From Lama glama (Eukaryota), in assembly GCA_028534125.1 (NCBI GenBank), contig CM052816.1:63552001-63616000 (forward strand): DNA of 64,000 bases, given 5' to 3'. Each line of letters starts with the position of its first letter. Position 1 is the stretch's first letter. Both the position numbers and the translations under genes were made by a program. Shown piece by piece: positions 1 through 12,259 of the stretch. The notes beneath the pieces are model-generated. The model ran no database searches, had not been told where the DNA came from, and was given only the letters and a program-made list of their open reading frames with translations.

Positions 1-40
1 TATGAGGTATAAGAGGAAAATAAGTTTTATTTAGTTTAAC

Positions 41-295
41 TTTAGTTAAGGAATGGCTTTAATTAAACCCAAATGAATATGTATAAGGTTAAAGGCAATG
101 CACCACTCAATAAAACTACGTCCCAACTTTTAGGGCCATGTTATTGTCCATTCTCAATGTCAGCAATAACTGGAAACAAAATTAGTAAAAATGTAACCCA
201 CAAATTATCCCAAAACAGTTTCAAACAACAGTTTTATAAAAATAAAGGTCACTGAATCTAATCAGGCCCTCAAAGTCATCAATTATGTCAGCAGA
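41..295 (+). repeat. Long inverted repeat, left arm
   Basis: Reverse complement of 2825-3077; about 24 mismatches plus one 2-nt indel by hand alignment (~90% identity). Confidence 0.95.
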
Positions 296-487
296 CTCCT
301 AGCAAGTAGCTATAACGTATATTTTCCTGACAGTATAGCTGCTCATCTAATAAGAAGCATTCGTTCAAGTGCTAGCACATGTACTTGTCTAAACTTTTGA
401 AAAGTCTGTGAGTAAGGAGGGCCTAAACTTAGGTAATGGCAGACAACCTGGAATAAGATAGATTTTTTTCCCCCAAAAGAAATTATA

Positions 488-2251
488 CAGGGAAATATCT
501 CAACATAATAAAAGCTATATATGACAAACCTACAGCCAGCATAGTTCTCAACAGTGAAAAACTCAAAAGCTTCCGACTAAAATCTGGCACAAGACAAGGA
601 TGCCCACTATCACCACTCCTATTCAACACAGTCTTGGAAGTCCTAGCCACAGCAATCAGGCAAGAGAGAGAAATAAAACAGATTCAAATTGTAAAGGAAG
701 AGGTAAAAGTGTCACTATATGCTGATGACATGCTACTATATATAGAAAACCCTAAAAGGTCCACACAAAAACTACTAGAGCTGATCGAAGAATTCAGCAA
801 GGTAGCAGGTTACAAGATTAACATTCAAAAATCAGTTGCATTTCTTTACACTAACGATGAATTAACAGAAAAAGAAAGTAAAGAAACAATGCCCTTTAAA
901 ATAGCACCCAAAGTAATAAAATACCTAGGAGTAAATCTAACCAAGGAGGTGGAAAGACTTATATATGGAAAACTACAAAACACTGATTAAGGAAATTAAA
1001 GAAGACTTAAAAAAATGGAAAGATATCCCATGCTCCTGGATTGGAAGAATCAGTATTGTTAAGATGATCACACTGCCCAAGGCAATCTACAGATTTAATG
1101 CAATCCCTATCAAATTACCCAGGACACATTTCACAGAACTAGAACAAATTATAATAAAATTTATATGGAACCACAGAAGACCTATAATTGCCAAAGCATT
1201 ACTGAAGAAAAAGAAAGAGACTGGAGGAATAACTCTCCCAGACTTCAGCAACAGAGCTACAGTCATCAAGACAGCATGGTATTGGTACAAAAACAGACAT
1301 ATAGACCAATGGAACAGAGTCCAGAAATGAACCCACAAACTTTTGGGGTTTTGGACCTTTGACAAAGGAGGCAAGAATATACAATGGAATAAAGACAGTC
1401 TCTTCAGCAAATGGTGTTGGGAAAACTGGACAGCAGCATGTAAAGCAATGAAGCTAGAACACTCCCTTATACCACATACAAAAATAAACTCAAAATGGAT
1501 CAAAGACTTAAACACAAGACAAGATACAATAAACCTCCTAGAGGAAAATATAGGCAAAACATTATCTCACATACATCTCAAAAATGTTCTCCTAGGACAG
1601 TCTACTGAAGCAATAGAAATAAAAGCAAGAATAAACAAATGGGACCTAATGAAACTTACAAGCTTCTGCACAGCAAAGGAAACCATAAGTAAAACAAAAC
1701 GACAACCCACGGAATGGGAGAAATTTTTGCAAATGAAACCNNNNNNNNNNNNNNNNNNNNNNNNNNNNNNNNNNNNNNNNNNNNNNNNNNNNNNNNNNNN
1801 NNNNNNNNNNNNNNNNNNNNNNNNNNNNNNNNNNNNNNNNNNNNNNNNNNNNNNNNNNNNNNNNNNNNNNNNNNNNNNNNNNNNNNNNNNNNNNNNNNNN
1901 NNNNNNNNNNNNNNNNNNNNNNNNNNNNNNNNNNNNNNNNNNNNNNNNNNNNNNNNNNNNNNNNNNNNNNNNNNNNNNNNNNNNNNNNNNNNNNNNNNNN
2001 NNNNNNNNNNNNNNNNNNNNNNNNNNNNNNNNNNNNNNNNNNNNNNNNNNNNNNNNNNNNNNNNNNNNNNNNNNNNNNNNNNNNNNNNNNNNNNNNNNNN
2101 NNNNNNNNNNNNNNNNNNNNNNNNNNNNNNNNNNNNNNNNNNNNNNNNNNNNNNNNNNNNNNNNNNNNNNNNNNNNNNNNNNNNNNNNNNNNNNNNNNNN
2201 NNNNNNNNNNNNNNNNNNNNNNNNNNNNNNNNNNNNNNNNAAAAAAAAAAG
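488..2251 (+). mobile_element. 5'-truncated LINE-1 (ORF2 RT to C-terminal part, frameshifted), antisense in KIF2A intron 1
   Basis: L1 ORF2 peptides ([50 protein letters not shown]), an A-tail, and TSD AAAAGAAATTATA at 475-487 and 2252-2264. Contains a 500-N gap. Confidence 0.97.
1741..2240. other. Assembly gap (500 N)
   Basis: Run of N. Confidence 1.
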
Positions 2252-2824
2252 AAAAGAAATTATATAGCCAGAGTACTCACACTGACAGCAATAGCTATTT
2301 AATATTCTGTTGTAACTGACAAAACATCCTTTTTTAGGGAAAAGTCCTATATCTATTCCCTCAAAGGCATCAGATGAAGGGACTCATAATAGTCATACAA
2401 CAAATGCTACTTGGAATAAAAACACCTGAAGGCAACCTATACCACAGAAAGAAAACTGAAATCATTATTTAATTAATGACTCAGTGCCTGGAATACCCAT
2501 AGTACGCAAAGAACTCTAAAGGAATTACAGTGTAAAGAAACTCAGAGGCAGACAATCTATGTTCTAATCTCGTGTTTGCTACTTATGTACCACCTTGGAC
2601 AAGTCAATTTCCTCACTATAAAAATATAAGCACGTTTTGACCAATAACAGTATTTCATTAGAGAGCTGTCTTTAATTAAATCCTAAGATTTACCTCACTA
2701 ATTATGGCCTCGAATTTGTTTTCACTTCCTAAAAGCCAAAGAGATAAATCACTATATCCACTTCTTTTTAGCAGACCACAGTAATAACTACAGGCTTAAA
2801 AATACTACCTCCCTCCGCCAAAAA

Positions 2825-3077
2825 TCTGCTGACATAATTGATGAATTTGGGGACCTGACTAGATTCAGTGACCTTTATTTTTATAAAACTGCTGTTTGAA
2901 ATTGTTTTGGGATAATATGCAGGTTACATTTTTACTAATTTTGTTTCCAGTTATAGCTGATATATAGAATTGACTAAAACATGGCCCTAAAAGTTGGGAC
3001 GTAGTTTTATTGAGTGGTACGTTGCTTTTAACCTTACATGCTCTTTCGGGTTTAATTAAAGCCATTTCTTAACTAAA
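2825..3077 (-). repeat. Long inverted repeat, right arm
   Basis: Partner of 41-295. Both arms give near-identical spurious ORFs (73..255+ and 2865..3065-). Confidence 0.95.
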
Positions 3078-3522
3078 TTTAAAAGTAATGTTGTCTGTAC
3101 TCCCAACTTACATTTTGTAAGATGACATATAGTTAGATTTTGTATCTTACAACAAGAATTCCCTGTAGTTTAACTAGAACAGGTAAAATCTTGTTTAAAT
3201 TTAACACTGGCCAGTTTCAAGGATGAAGCTTCTAGCACACTGCTTGGACATTTATCATGGCATCTGAACTATAAACTCAAAATATCCATGGGCCAAAGTA
3301 AAGAGATGGGGCTAAAGTTGCTAAGCATATCTGAATCCTCTCACTGCACTACAGCTCATCTAAAAATTTTTGTCAGCAAACCCAAAGTCTCTCATGTTGG
3401 CCAACAGACTAAGCATAACAAAGATGAAGAGCAAAAATTTACCTTCACTGCAACCCTACTGGGTTGATTCTTATTCTCAAAATTCTTATCATTAATTGGT
3501 CCATTATTTCAAGAGTAGCTTT

Positions 3523-3613
3523 GGAGAGGGTAACAGCTCAGTGGCAGAGTGGATGCTTAGCTTAGCATGCATGAGGTCCTGAGTTCAATCCCCAATACTT
3601 TCTTTTAAAAAAA
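3523..3613 (+). mobile_element. tRNA-Ala-derived SINE (camelid Vic-1-like), diverged copy
   Basis: A/B-box-like head (AGCTCAGTGG...GAGTTCAATCCC), short A-tail, TSD GAGTAGCTTTG/GAGTTGCTTTG. Confidence 0.85.
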
Positions 3614-3664
3614 TGAGTTGCTTTGACTTTTAATGTCTAAAGTTTGCATACCACCCTACTTACG

Positions 3665-3985
3665 GATAGATTGTTTTAAAAGCAGTTTTAGGTTTACAGC
3701 ACAACTGAGTAGAAGGTACAGAGACTTTCCATATCTCCTGCCCCTACATACTCACAGCCTCCCATACTATCAACATTCCACACTGGGTACACTTTTTACA
3801 ATGAACCTATATTGATACATCATTATTACCCAAAATACAGTATTTTACATTAGGATTCACTCTTGGTGTTGTATCCTGAGTTCTGACAAATTTACAACAT
3901 GTATCCACCATTACAGTATCATAAGGAATAATTTCACTGCCCTAAAAATCCACTGTGCTCTGTCTACTCATCTCTTGCTTACCCA
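3665..3985 (-). mobile_element. Ancient L1 3' end fragment (L1MC/L1MD-like)
   Basis: Resembles the reverse complement of old L1 3' UTR (AGCAGTTTTAGGTTTACAGCA...AGAAGGTACAGAGA). Confidence 0.7.
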
Positions 3986-6619
3986 TTTTTAAGTCCTAAA
4001 CTGAAAATAGCAGTTAAGATTCTAAACACTGAAATGACATTCAGAATCTTGAGGATAAAAAGGGAAGGCAAAAGCGAGGGCAGAAAAAAAAATAGGCCAA
4101 AAATAAGAACAAAGGAAAAGTAAAGGGGAGCAGCCACATTTTATGAATCGAAACACTCCATGTCTTAAAGAGCCAAAGCCAGATCCTTTAAGTTCTCTGT
4201 TTTTCCTTCCCATTCCCTTCCAGGAACTCTGAGAGGATCTTGGCTAGTACACTTTAACTTGAGTTTTCTTAAGTAGGCAAAGCAGTTATAGCTTAAGTAA
4301 ATTTCTAATCTACATAAAAACATTTATTTGAAGTGACTCATACCTTAGACTCAACTTACTTGTAAGATACTAGTGGCACAAACTATAAATAGCCTGAGTT
4401 GGATGCTCTTTGATATTACATTGTACACTGGCTCTACAGTCTTCTATACGGTATTCATAAATAGGATTAGCTTGATTAGACAGACTAAGGAGATTTTATA
4501 ACCTACATTTAGACTTTCCAAATGTTAAATTCATTTCTATCAACACATCTGCCCTTTATTCAGCACAAGTGATACACTGCATATAACATCAATTATTTTT
4601 GTAGTGTTCTGAACCTCATCTGTTCCTTAATCATTGCTTACCCTCCTAGACTGATGTAATCTTATCCTTGCTAGCTCTCATTTTTAGTACTACTCTCCCT
4701 CTAATCTATTACTAATCACTAGCTGACTTCTATTACTGCTCTTAGGAGATTAAGTCCTCCAGAAGTTTCCAAGTGTCCTAGAAATTAATTCCAAGATGCT
4801 TTACCTTACCTTTGTTTCCAAGTCTTTAATATGGTGCCCCAGATCACCTGTCCTTCCATACGTTCCTCATCTATCACTCTCTGGTATGCCTGTTTTAAAG
4901 GCCCTTTACCTGACAGTCCTCCATTTTCAACTCAAAGGCCTCTCACATGTTGTGCCACATTCCCAGAACATCTCCTTCCCCCCAAGACAGGGCAATGTAC
5001 TGGTCATCTTCCTCCAACCACTTTAACTTCACTCTCCATGAGGTCTTGTCAGATCACTCTTAGGAGATGCTACTTTTTCTAAAACAGATCACAATCCTGG
5101 GTGCACATTTTCCAGTGTATGTGAAGTTAAGTTTCACAAGGACTGGTGGTGCTGTATTTTAAGAATTCTGAGACTGAATATGGGTTCACCAGGAAAGCAT
5201 ATTGGTCTAAGAGATAAAGAATATTGGCCACGGGCAGAAGACAGGGACAGCATGTTATGACATGTATTTTCCATCCAGAAGACTCAAGAGCCTAAAAAGT
5301 CTAACGCTAAAAAGGGAAGCAGTAATGACGTACACACAGAATAGTACACTTCTATCAGTACTCAGCACACTATATGTATCAATTATTTATTTGTTTCTGA
5401 GGGCAGGAACTGTGTGTGCCTTATTCTTTCTTGTATCTCCAACACCTATCAGAATGCCTTATATGTAAAAGGCTGTTAATATTTAATTATATTTAATTAT
5501 CTCTGTAATAAAAAAACAGAAATATGAGATCACACTATTCTGTGATACAGCATAATCATTTAAGGTTTATACACTAAAATACCCTCACATCCTACTATAT
5601 GCCCATTTGAATTGTAAATTTGACTGCAAGATGGTAAGAAAAATAAATAGTGCCCAAAATGAGAAAGCTCAGGACTAGGTTTAGAAGCATCATTTTTTAA
5701 AAGGGAAAACTCCTCCCTCATTTTACTCTTGGGAGATAGTAGAAAAAGTTAAACTTAAGGTTAACTAACAATGAAACCATACTTCATTTCATTTCGTGTA
5801 AGTTTTCACTAGACAAATACCAATGACCATGAACTTGTATTCAGTTCTCCATATTAAGTACCTGGCACAGCATACACTATGTGTAATAAAGCACTTGAAT
5901 ATTTAATATGGTGAAGTTCTAATGTCTATTTTCACTTAGGCACTGCATTGTTAGTACCACTTTAATCAAAAGAGCTGGTATATGATGGAAGGGCAACCTT
6001 CCTGTATTTGCAACACCAGAAGAGTGAAAATTAGTTTTATCCAGGGGTTAAAAACTATTTGTATTCTCAAGCTCAGAACTATGATCTCAAAACAAATAAA
6101 CACCCTAAAAGATTACTTTAGGTTACAGGACAGAGGTGTTAAAAGTTGACTAGGAAGAATGAGTCTGGATGATCTCTCAAGGAATCTTGTCCTGGATTTT
6201 ACACACTTTGTGCCTCCTTTCCTATTTTGAGGTGCCCCAGCTTAACTGGCTCTTTTCTATTTTCTCTAGATTTTTTAAAAATTATGACACATAAAACAAA
6301 ATGACATACAGCCTTTCCCTATAGTTCCAAAATTTCTGTCATAAGAATCAAGTGACTGGACAATGAATATAGATTTCTTTCTTTCTGTGTTGGTTCTGGA
6401 AGAAACAAGTGACTCACTATTGAAAGGGGCTTTAAAGCTTTAGATTGCTGAATCTTAATCCTTACAGTTAGTAAAATGTCAGATCAATTCGATCTTACCA
6501 ATCTGGCAAATTTAAGCATTATTAATTGTAGGTCTGAGCTAAAAGGGCCTTTATATATCTCAAAAAAAAAAATCAAAGTACACAAAGTGTACAACTTTAT
6601 ACCATCATCAGCAAATATT

Positions 6620-6850
6620 TGCCAGCACTTAAAGAGAGCTAGGAGTAAAAGGGCTTAGGTTTTGGTCCAGGCCATGCCCCTTATTAATCATGTGATCTTG
6701 GCAAATAATCCAACCTCAGATTCTTCAGCTATAAAACAATGAATCTGCCACCCTCTACCCTACTTACCTCATAGGTTTCTGTGAGGATCCAATTAAATAA
6801 TCTATTGGGAAAACTATGAAGGCTTAACAAAAACATAGTATGGAACCATC
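6620..6850 (+). mobile_element. MIR SINE
   Basis: MIR core: TGTGATCTTGGCAAAT...CTATAAAA...ACCTCATAGG...GTGAGGAT. Confidence 0.65.
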
Positions 6851-9315
6851 ATCATGCTAATCACCATGTTAAAAGGAAATCATTAATCCACAATTTCCTC
6901 CATTCTACCCACTTCATAATCAAAGTCACATAACTGTACCAAAAGGAACGATATTGCTATGTGGTTCATTTTATTACCTAAATTCACAGTCTATTCTCCA
7001 AAAGTCCATATAAGAACATGTAAAGATGAACTAGTAGAAGAATAAATGTGGCAAGTAGGTAAGGTAGAGAATTAGGCCATTTAAAATCTTCTAAAGATTG
7101 CTCGCCCTAAACTCCAAGATTCCTGATAGGTCCTTTGAAATCTTCAATTTCCTCTGGATTTCAGATGCTTAATTAAAGCACTCTTTTCATCATTTAATTA
7201 AGAAACAGGAATATTTTCCTACCACAGTTTTGAGTTTTATGACTTTCTAGTTAAATATACCATAGCACTTTTTACTGCATCATTCCAATTGGGCTCTGTA
7301 ACACTGCTCTGTAGTGGCTTTCCCATGAGTGAGAAGCAATTTCCCACATCTTAACTGGGCTACAGAAAGCTGTACACAGTTCCCAAATAACAGAGAATTC
7401 TTCCTTTACTGACATAGTTCTTGACAGCCTGGTTTCTATGCTAGGTAAGCAAGGTTCCCAACTGCCATAGAGAAGTTGTACAAATCTAGACAAGTCTCCT
7501 ACACTGACTTGGAACTCAGTTTCCACAGCTATAAAAATGAGAGCTAGATTACCTCCAAGGATCTGGCTGGTTGAAATAGTATGATTCTCTTTAGATCACA
7601 CATATCAATCCTATGACTAAGAGACCCCCAAAGAACAATCTCATCTTAGCTACAGCTTCTAAATATTCAAAACATTTCTCATCACTCTCTCAGTCCCTAA
7701 AGGATAGTCACAGCTACTGTAGAACACATAAAAAATGTTTTAACAGTGCAGTTTTTAGAGTCACTGTATTCTAAAAAAGAAATTGAATAAAAAGATACTA
7801 GGAAGACACATGCAAGAAGATATATATATATATGAGGGCTCATTTCCGGAAACCATTCCAATTTCACACCAGGTTATCTCCTGTGGTTAGGAACACTCTC
7901 AGGAGTCCAAGCCTAACCTCTGAGACTTCTAACCTCAGAATACCAAAAAAAAAAAAAAAAAAAAAAAGTCAGAAAGTCTCAGATCACTCAATTTCAACCA
8001 ACTCTGAGAATCTTAAACTAAGAGCCCTGTAAAGGGGGGTGTGGGGGGTGAGGAGGACATAGTAGGGAACCAGCAGTACAGGATAAGCACAGATGGAAGA
8101 GTTTTCTTTCCATGTAAGATCTTATCTTAATGGTTAATTAAAATAATGTTTGAAAACCAAAGCTCAGTAATAAATGATTCACTCAAAACTATATGCAAGG
8201 AACTCTGCTAAGCACATGAGATGATACACAGATGAATTCAGGGAATTTAAAATCCCGTAATGCCCTGACTGTGGTTGAAATGAGTGTGGGTCATCTGCCA
8301 TCCCTAAATTGCATTCTCCATACCACCCCTTCTGCAGTGCAGTTTGAATATAAAGTATTAGGAGAAATGTACCCAAATATTAATACTTAAGGAAATATGC
8401 TGTCTCACAAGTGACCCAGAATGACTTAGGAATTCAGAAGCTGACTGGCCATCCGGTTTTAGTAATCAGTGAAGACTTATTGGGATTAGTTTTGAGTAGG
8501 GTGTTGAAAGATGGGAATAACTCCATTTTAGTTACCTGTTTGCCCTTGGAATATATATTTTTAATATATAAGCATCACTGATGGGGAAGAAGCTGAAACA
8601 AGGACAAGGATCACCATTAGCAAGCATGCAGAAAAACATCAAGTCACCAGTTAACAGTCTAGAGCTCACTCATGTGATTTCCACTGTCTCAGGCATTATA
8701 TTAGTGCTCATCCAACCACAAATTTTATTTTTGTTACAATGACCACCAGTATTTTAATCAAAACAGATATGCTGTAGAAGTGGGAGGAAACAGAACAGCT
8801 TCTTTCAAGTGAAAAAGGGAAAACTTGAGGGGAGTCTCCCAGACATCAATTTTCACTGTGAAACACCATCATCCAATGCAAATGATCATTCCCTTCTTTT
8901 CAATTTCTCTACTTATCTTTTAACTTCAGCTCTACCAAGCACCTGAGGTAGATAAATATGTACATAACTAAAAGTTAGGATGATAAACATTGTAATGATT
9001 TCCATTATCTCTCAAGGGCAAACTGCTTTGAAATGTGATTTTTGGTTACTAGCTCTTATGTAAGAGCATAAAGCTCTTAGATGTCTGGGTTTCTGGTATA
9101 GGCAGAAGGTGAAGGCAGAAAGAGTATTAAAAGTCTCTGTTCTACAACCCCAAAAGAACCAAAATTGTTTCCATCCCAATATGTTTAAATAAAAGGATGT
9201 TACCCCAGAAAATATAAAAATATCGAAACCTTTCAAATACCACAATACTTTTTCTGATAGATTCGACAGTAACACTTACAATCATAGTTAAAGGTTTAGA
9301 ATGTAAAGAACTTAC

Positions 9316-9388
9316 ACATTTCACTGCATCCCCAAATTTTAAATATATAAACCCTACTTTTGCTGGTATACAGTGAACCTGCATTTAC
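9316..9388 (-). other. Candidate alternative/cassette exon in KIF2A intron 1
   Basis: Acceptor TTTCTCTTTTAG|G (exon start 9388), second acceptor CAG|G (9378), donor ATGT|GTAAGT (9316), and an alternative GTAAGT donor at 9280. Confidence 0.5.
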
Positions 9389-10878
9389 CTAAAAGAGAAA
9401 TGACAGTAACAGCACTGCTTGAGAAAAATAATTTAAAGAGAAAATATAAAGAAACCTCAACCCAAGTTAAAGAGACATCCTTCCCACTGGTGTTATTAGT
9501 ACCTTCTAAAGCTCCAAGTGGTATAATTTATCTTCTCACATACAGGATAATAATAATGCTTCCAGTTGTTAACACAAATTATGTCAAATAAAAGGAAGGG
9601 AAAAAATCATTAGCCATATATAGGGTCTTCCAATATATCATATAGATAACATGAAAGTCAATCTAGCTTCACATAACTTGCTCAAACCTGGTAGAAACCT
9701 AGACGGTGTGGATGTGATAGCGATATTACTACTGACTAAGCTAAAGGATAATAAATAAGACATAAATAAAATACATGTTATAAGGAACACTGTAAGCCTC
9801 TAGGTATTACACATCTCTATTTCTTCCAATATTTGGATTGAAATAAAACAATTTCATTTATCTCCCTCCACACATTTTCTCCTTCACGATATAAATTATT
9901 TCTAAGCCTGGCTGCCGTTGTCTCACTCCACACCTCAAGCTAGCGATATAAAACATTTTCCCCAAAAAGAAAGGAACCTACAGAATGATACATAAGCCTA
10001 GGGCTTTTTTTTTTTTAATTAAGCATGTGTCTTCCACTTGTCTTAGACTTTTCTCTCGGTTACCTCTCCGGAGGGTGTGAAAATATCAACATCCGGTAGC
10101 CCACCCCCACCCTCTCAGTAGTACCTCGCAGGGACTATGCTCATCCCCCTCCTTCCCTTTCAGTCTCATCAGCTTTGGGAAGCTTATTGAATACTTCTTC
10201 CCATTGCTTCCCCACCCTTATTCATGGCTGAGCACGACAAGCTCCGCATCCTTCGTCCAAGAAAGGGACTAGTAAAAAAGGCATGCTCGAGAAATGAAAA
10301 TCGAAGATACCTGACAACCAGACAGTTTAAAGCAACGGGGTTGGCCTTTCTCCCCTACCTCGACCTCGGACCGGTAGTCGGTTCCCTAAATACTGCAATC
10401 TCTAGTCTTCACGCTCTCCCCACCCCCACCCCTTCAGAGATGAGGCCGGAAAATGAAAAGGCCGGGGTGAACCGCGAGACTGGGCCATCCCTAACGAAGC
10501 CCGCTGCCCCCGCCCCCCGGGCTGGAGTCCCCGGAGAGGATGGAGATCGCGGAAGGAGCAAGGGCCCCCGGGCCGGGACCTTCCAGCGCGCCCGCTCGAA
10601 GCCCCCAGAGACGCGGCCCGGGACAGCCGGGCCCTTCCCGCCGGCCTCCCCTCAGTCCAGCCCCCCACAGGGCCCCTCCCCGCCCCGGCACTGCAGCGGC
10701 ACCCGGGGCGGACCCCACGCCGGCCTCACTCGCACACACGCCACACAAAAGCGCCGCGGCCGCCGCCTTCCCGCCCCCACAGCCCCGCGGAGCAATCAAT
10801 GAGGCGGCCGGCGCCGGCGTCCCCTCCGTGCACAGCCGAATGCGGGGCTCGGCCGGCAGGGGCGGTGGCGACGCTCAC

Positions 10879-10942
10879 CATCGCTCCGCTTGATCTCCAC
10901 GTAAATCCCGATCTGGATCTTGCCGAAGTTGGCCGTTGCCAT
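10879..10942 (-). CDS. KIF2A: Kinesin-13 KIF2A, coding part of exon 1 (64 nt, phase-1 donor); the gene continues beyond position 1
   Basis: Minus strand ATG at 10942-10940 translates MATANFGKIQIGIYVEIKRSD+G, the known KIF2A N-terminus. It is followed by the donor G|GTGAGC (GT at 10878-10877) and lies inside a CpG island. Confidence 0.97.
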
Positions 10943-10950
10943 CACCTCAT
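10942..10950 (-). promoter_or_regulatory. Minimal uORF (Met-Arg-stop) whose stop overlaps the KIF2A start codon
   Basis: Minus strand reads CAG ATG AGG TGA TG GCA; the A of TGA is the A of the main ATG. Confidence 0.8.
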
Positions 10951-11246
10951 CTGGAGCAGCGGCGGCGGGCCGAGGGAGGGGGACGGGAGGGCGGAAAAGG
11001 CGGGGAGGGGGCGGGGTAGGTGTGGGAGGGGGAGCGGTTGCCCGCGGCCGCGCCGGCCCGGGCGACAGCGTGAACGCGAGCCGGGGCCGCGAGGAGCAGC
11101 GGCGGGCTGGCAGGCAGAGGCCCCGGGCCTGCAGGCCGGCGGGAGGACGCGCACGCCGGGGCGTCGGGGTGAGGCGAGGGCCCGGGCCGAGAGGCGGCGC
11201 GGGGGAGAGTGGGAGGGCCCGCGCCGCCCGCCTGGGAGCAGACGCT

Positions 11247-11276
11247 GGGGCGGGCGGGGCGCCGTGCGCCTGCGCA
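11247..11276. promoter_or_regulatory. SP/KLF GC boxes and NRF1-type site in the KIF2A promoter
   Basis: GGGGCGGGCGGGGC at 11247-11260 and TGCGCCTGCGCA at 11265-11276 (NRF1 consensus YGCGCAYGCGCR, one mismatch). Confidence 0.65.
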
Positions 11277-12259
11277 GAGCACGCCTCCCGCGTCTCTTCC
11301 TCCTCGGCCCGCCTTTCCCCGCTGCCTCGAGGCGGCCCCGCCCAGCTCCGCGGCGGGGCTGGCGGGCGGCGGCCGCGGCGAGGCAAGCGGAGGAAGCGGA
11401 ACCTCCTGCGAACCCGCGTCTAGTTTGATTTCAGAGCGCGGCCTGGAAGAGGCGGGAACCCGCACACCGGTGCCATCCTGTCTTCCAAGAATTGGCGCTG
11501 TAGCTGGAATGCATTAAGGGCCCTGTGGTTTCAGGGCTTTCCGGCTAGAGCGCGTGGCTGAGAGATGTGAATTTAGGGGCTGGCCATTGACAACATAGGC
11601 TTGGTGTTTCATTTGAGAGTGTCACCTCTATTGCTGCTTAGAGGTGGCCTACCCAAGTAACCGTCCCAAGGTTTCCCATTCCAGTTGTGGAAAAAAATAA
11701 CACCTTTGATGTGTCACCTACCCCAAATCGGAATGAAGATCCGCTTTTCGTAGCCCTGACTTACAGCTCATCACCACTCAAAAAGAAACCCTGAGGTGGG
11801 GCGGCCTTGACTCTTCGGTTGTGATGCATTCGATGCTGGTGTCCTGTCTCTGCTGTAGGGTTCAAGGTTTTTTTCCCTGGCTCATGAAACCAGTAACTAT
11901 GATTCAAGGACAGAGGGTAGACACAGAAAGTTGACTAAGGACTGTGCCTTTTCTGCAGTCACTTGATTAGTCTGACCACATCAGCATTTGGAGAGCAGGA
12001 TTCTATCCTGGCAGAGCAGGAAGGCCATGTGGACAGGGACCATGGAAACCGTGTTTACAGCACTGTGTAAAAACGTCCAAACGTGTGACCTGTGCTTCTA
12101 GTATTAGGACTTGATATGGAGGAAACATACTTACTATGCCCTGCTTTCTCTAGTCATTGTTAATCTCCCTGTAATAATAACTAAAAACGTACATTTTAAA
12201 AATTAAAAAATTGGAAACTGGATATGTGTGTGTTAGGTGCATATGTGGAGTTTTCAACA

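Larger units (their letters stand above)
10230..11560. promoter_or_regulatory. CpG island: KIF2A promoter, 5' UTR and proximal intron 1
   Basis: Very GC- and CpG-rich block in otherwise CpG-depleted, AT-rich DNA. No obvious TATA box. Confidence 0.95.

Noticed and set aside
634..1740. Functional reverse transcriptase gene
   Set aside because: 5'-truncated, frameshifted L1 ORF2.
1343..2319. Long ORFs spanning N runs (also 44336-45023 and 61123-61371)
   Set aside because: Artifacts of translating through assembly gaps.
73..3065. Two similar 60-66 aa ORFs suggesting a duplicated small gene
   Set aside because: They are a by-product of the inverted repeat, with different starts and no promoter or splice context.
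10224..11517. Many overlapping 100-200 aa Pro/Arg/Gly/Ala-rich ORFs
   Set aside because: Stop-codon scarcity in a CpG island; only the KIF2A exon is recognisable.
12030..12055. Possible REST/NRSE site (GGGACCATGGAAACCG)
   Set aside because: Too many mismatches to TTCAGCACC..GGACAG.
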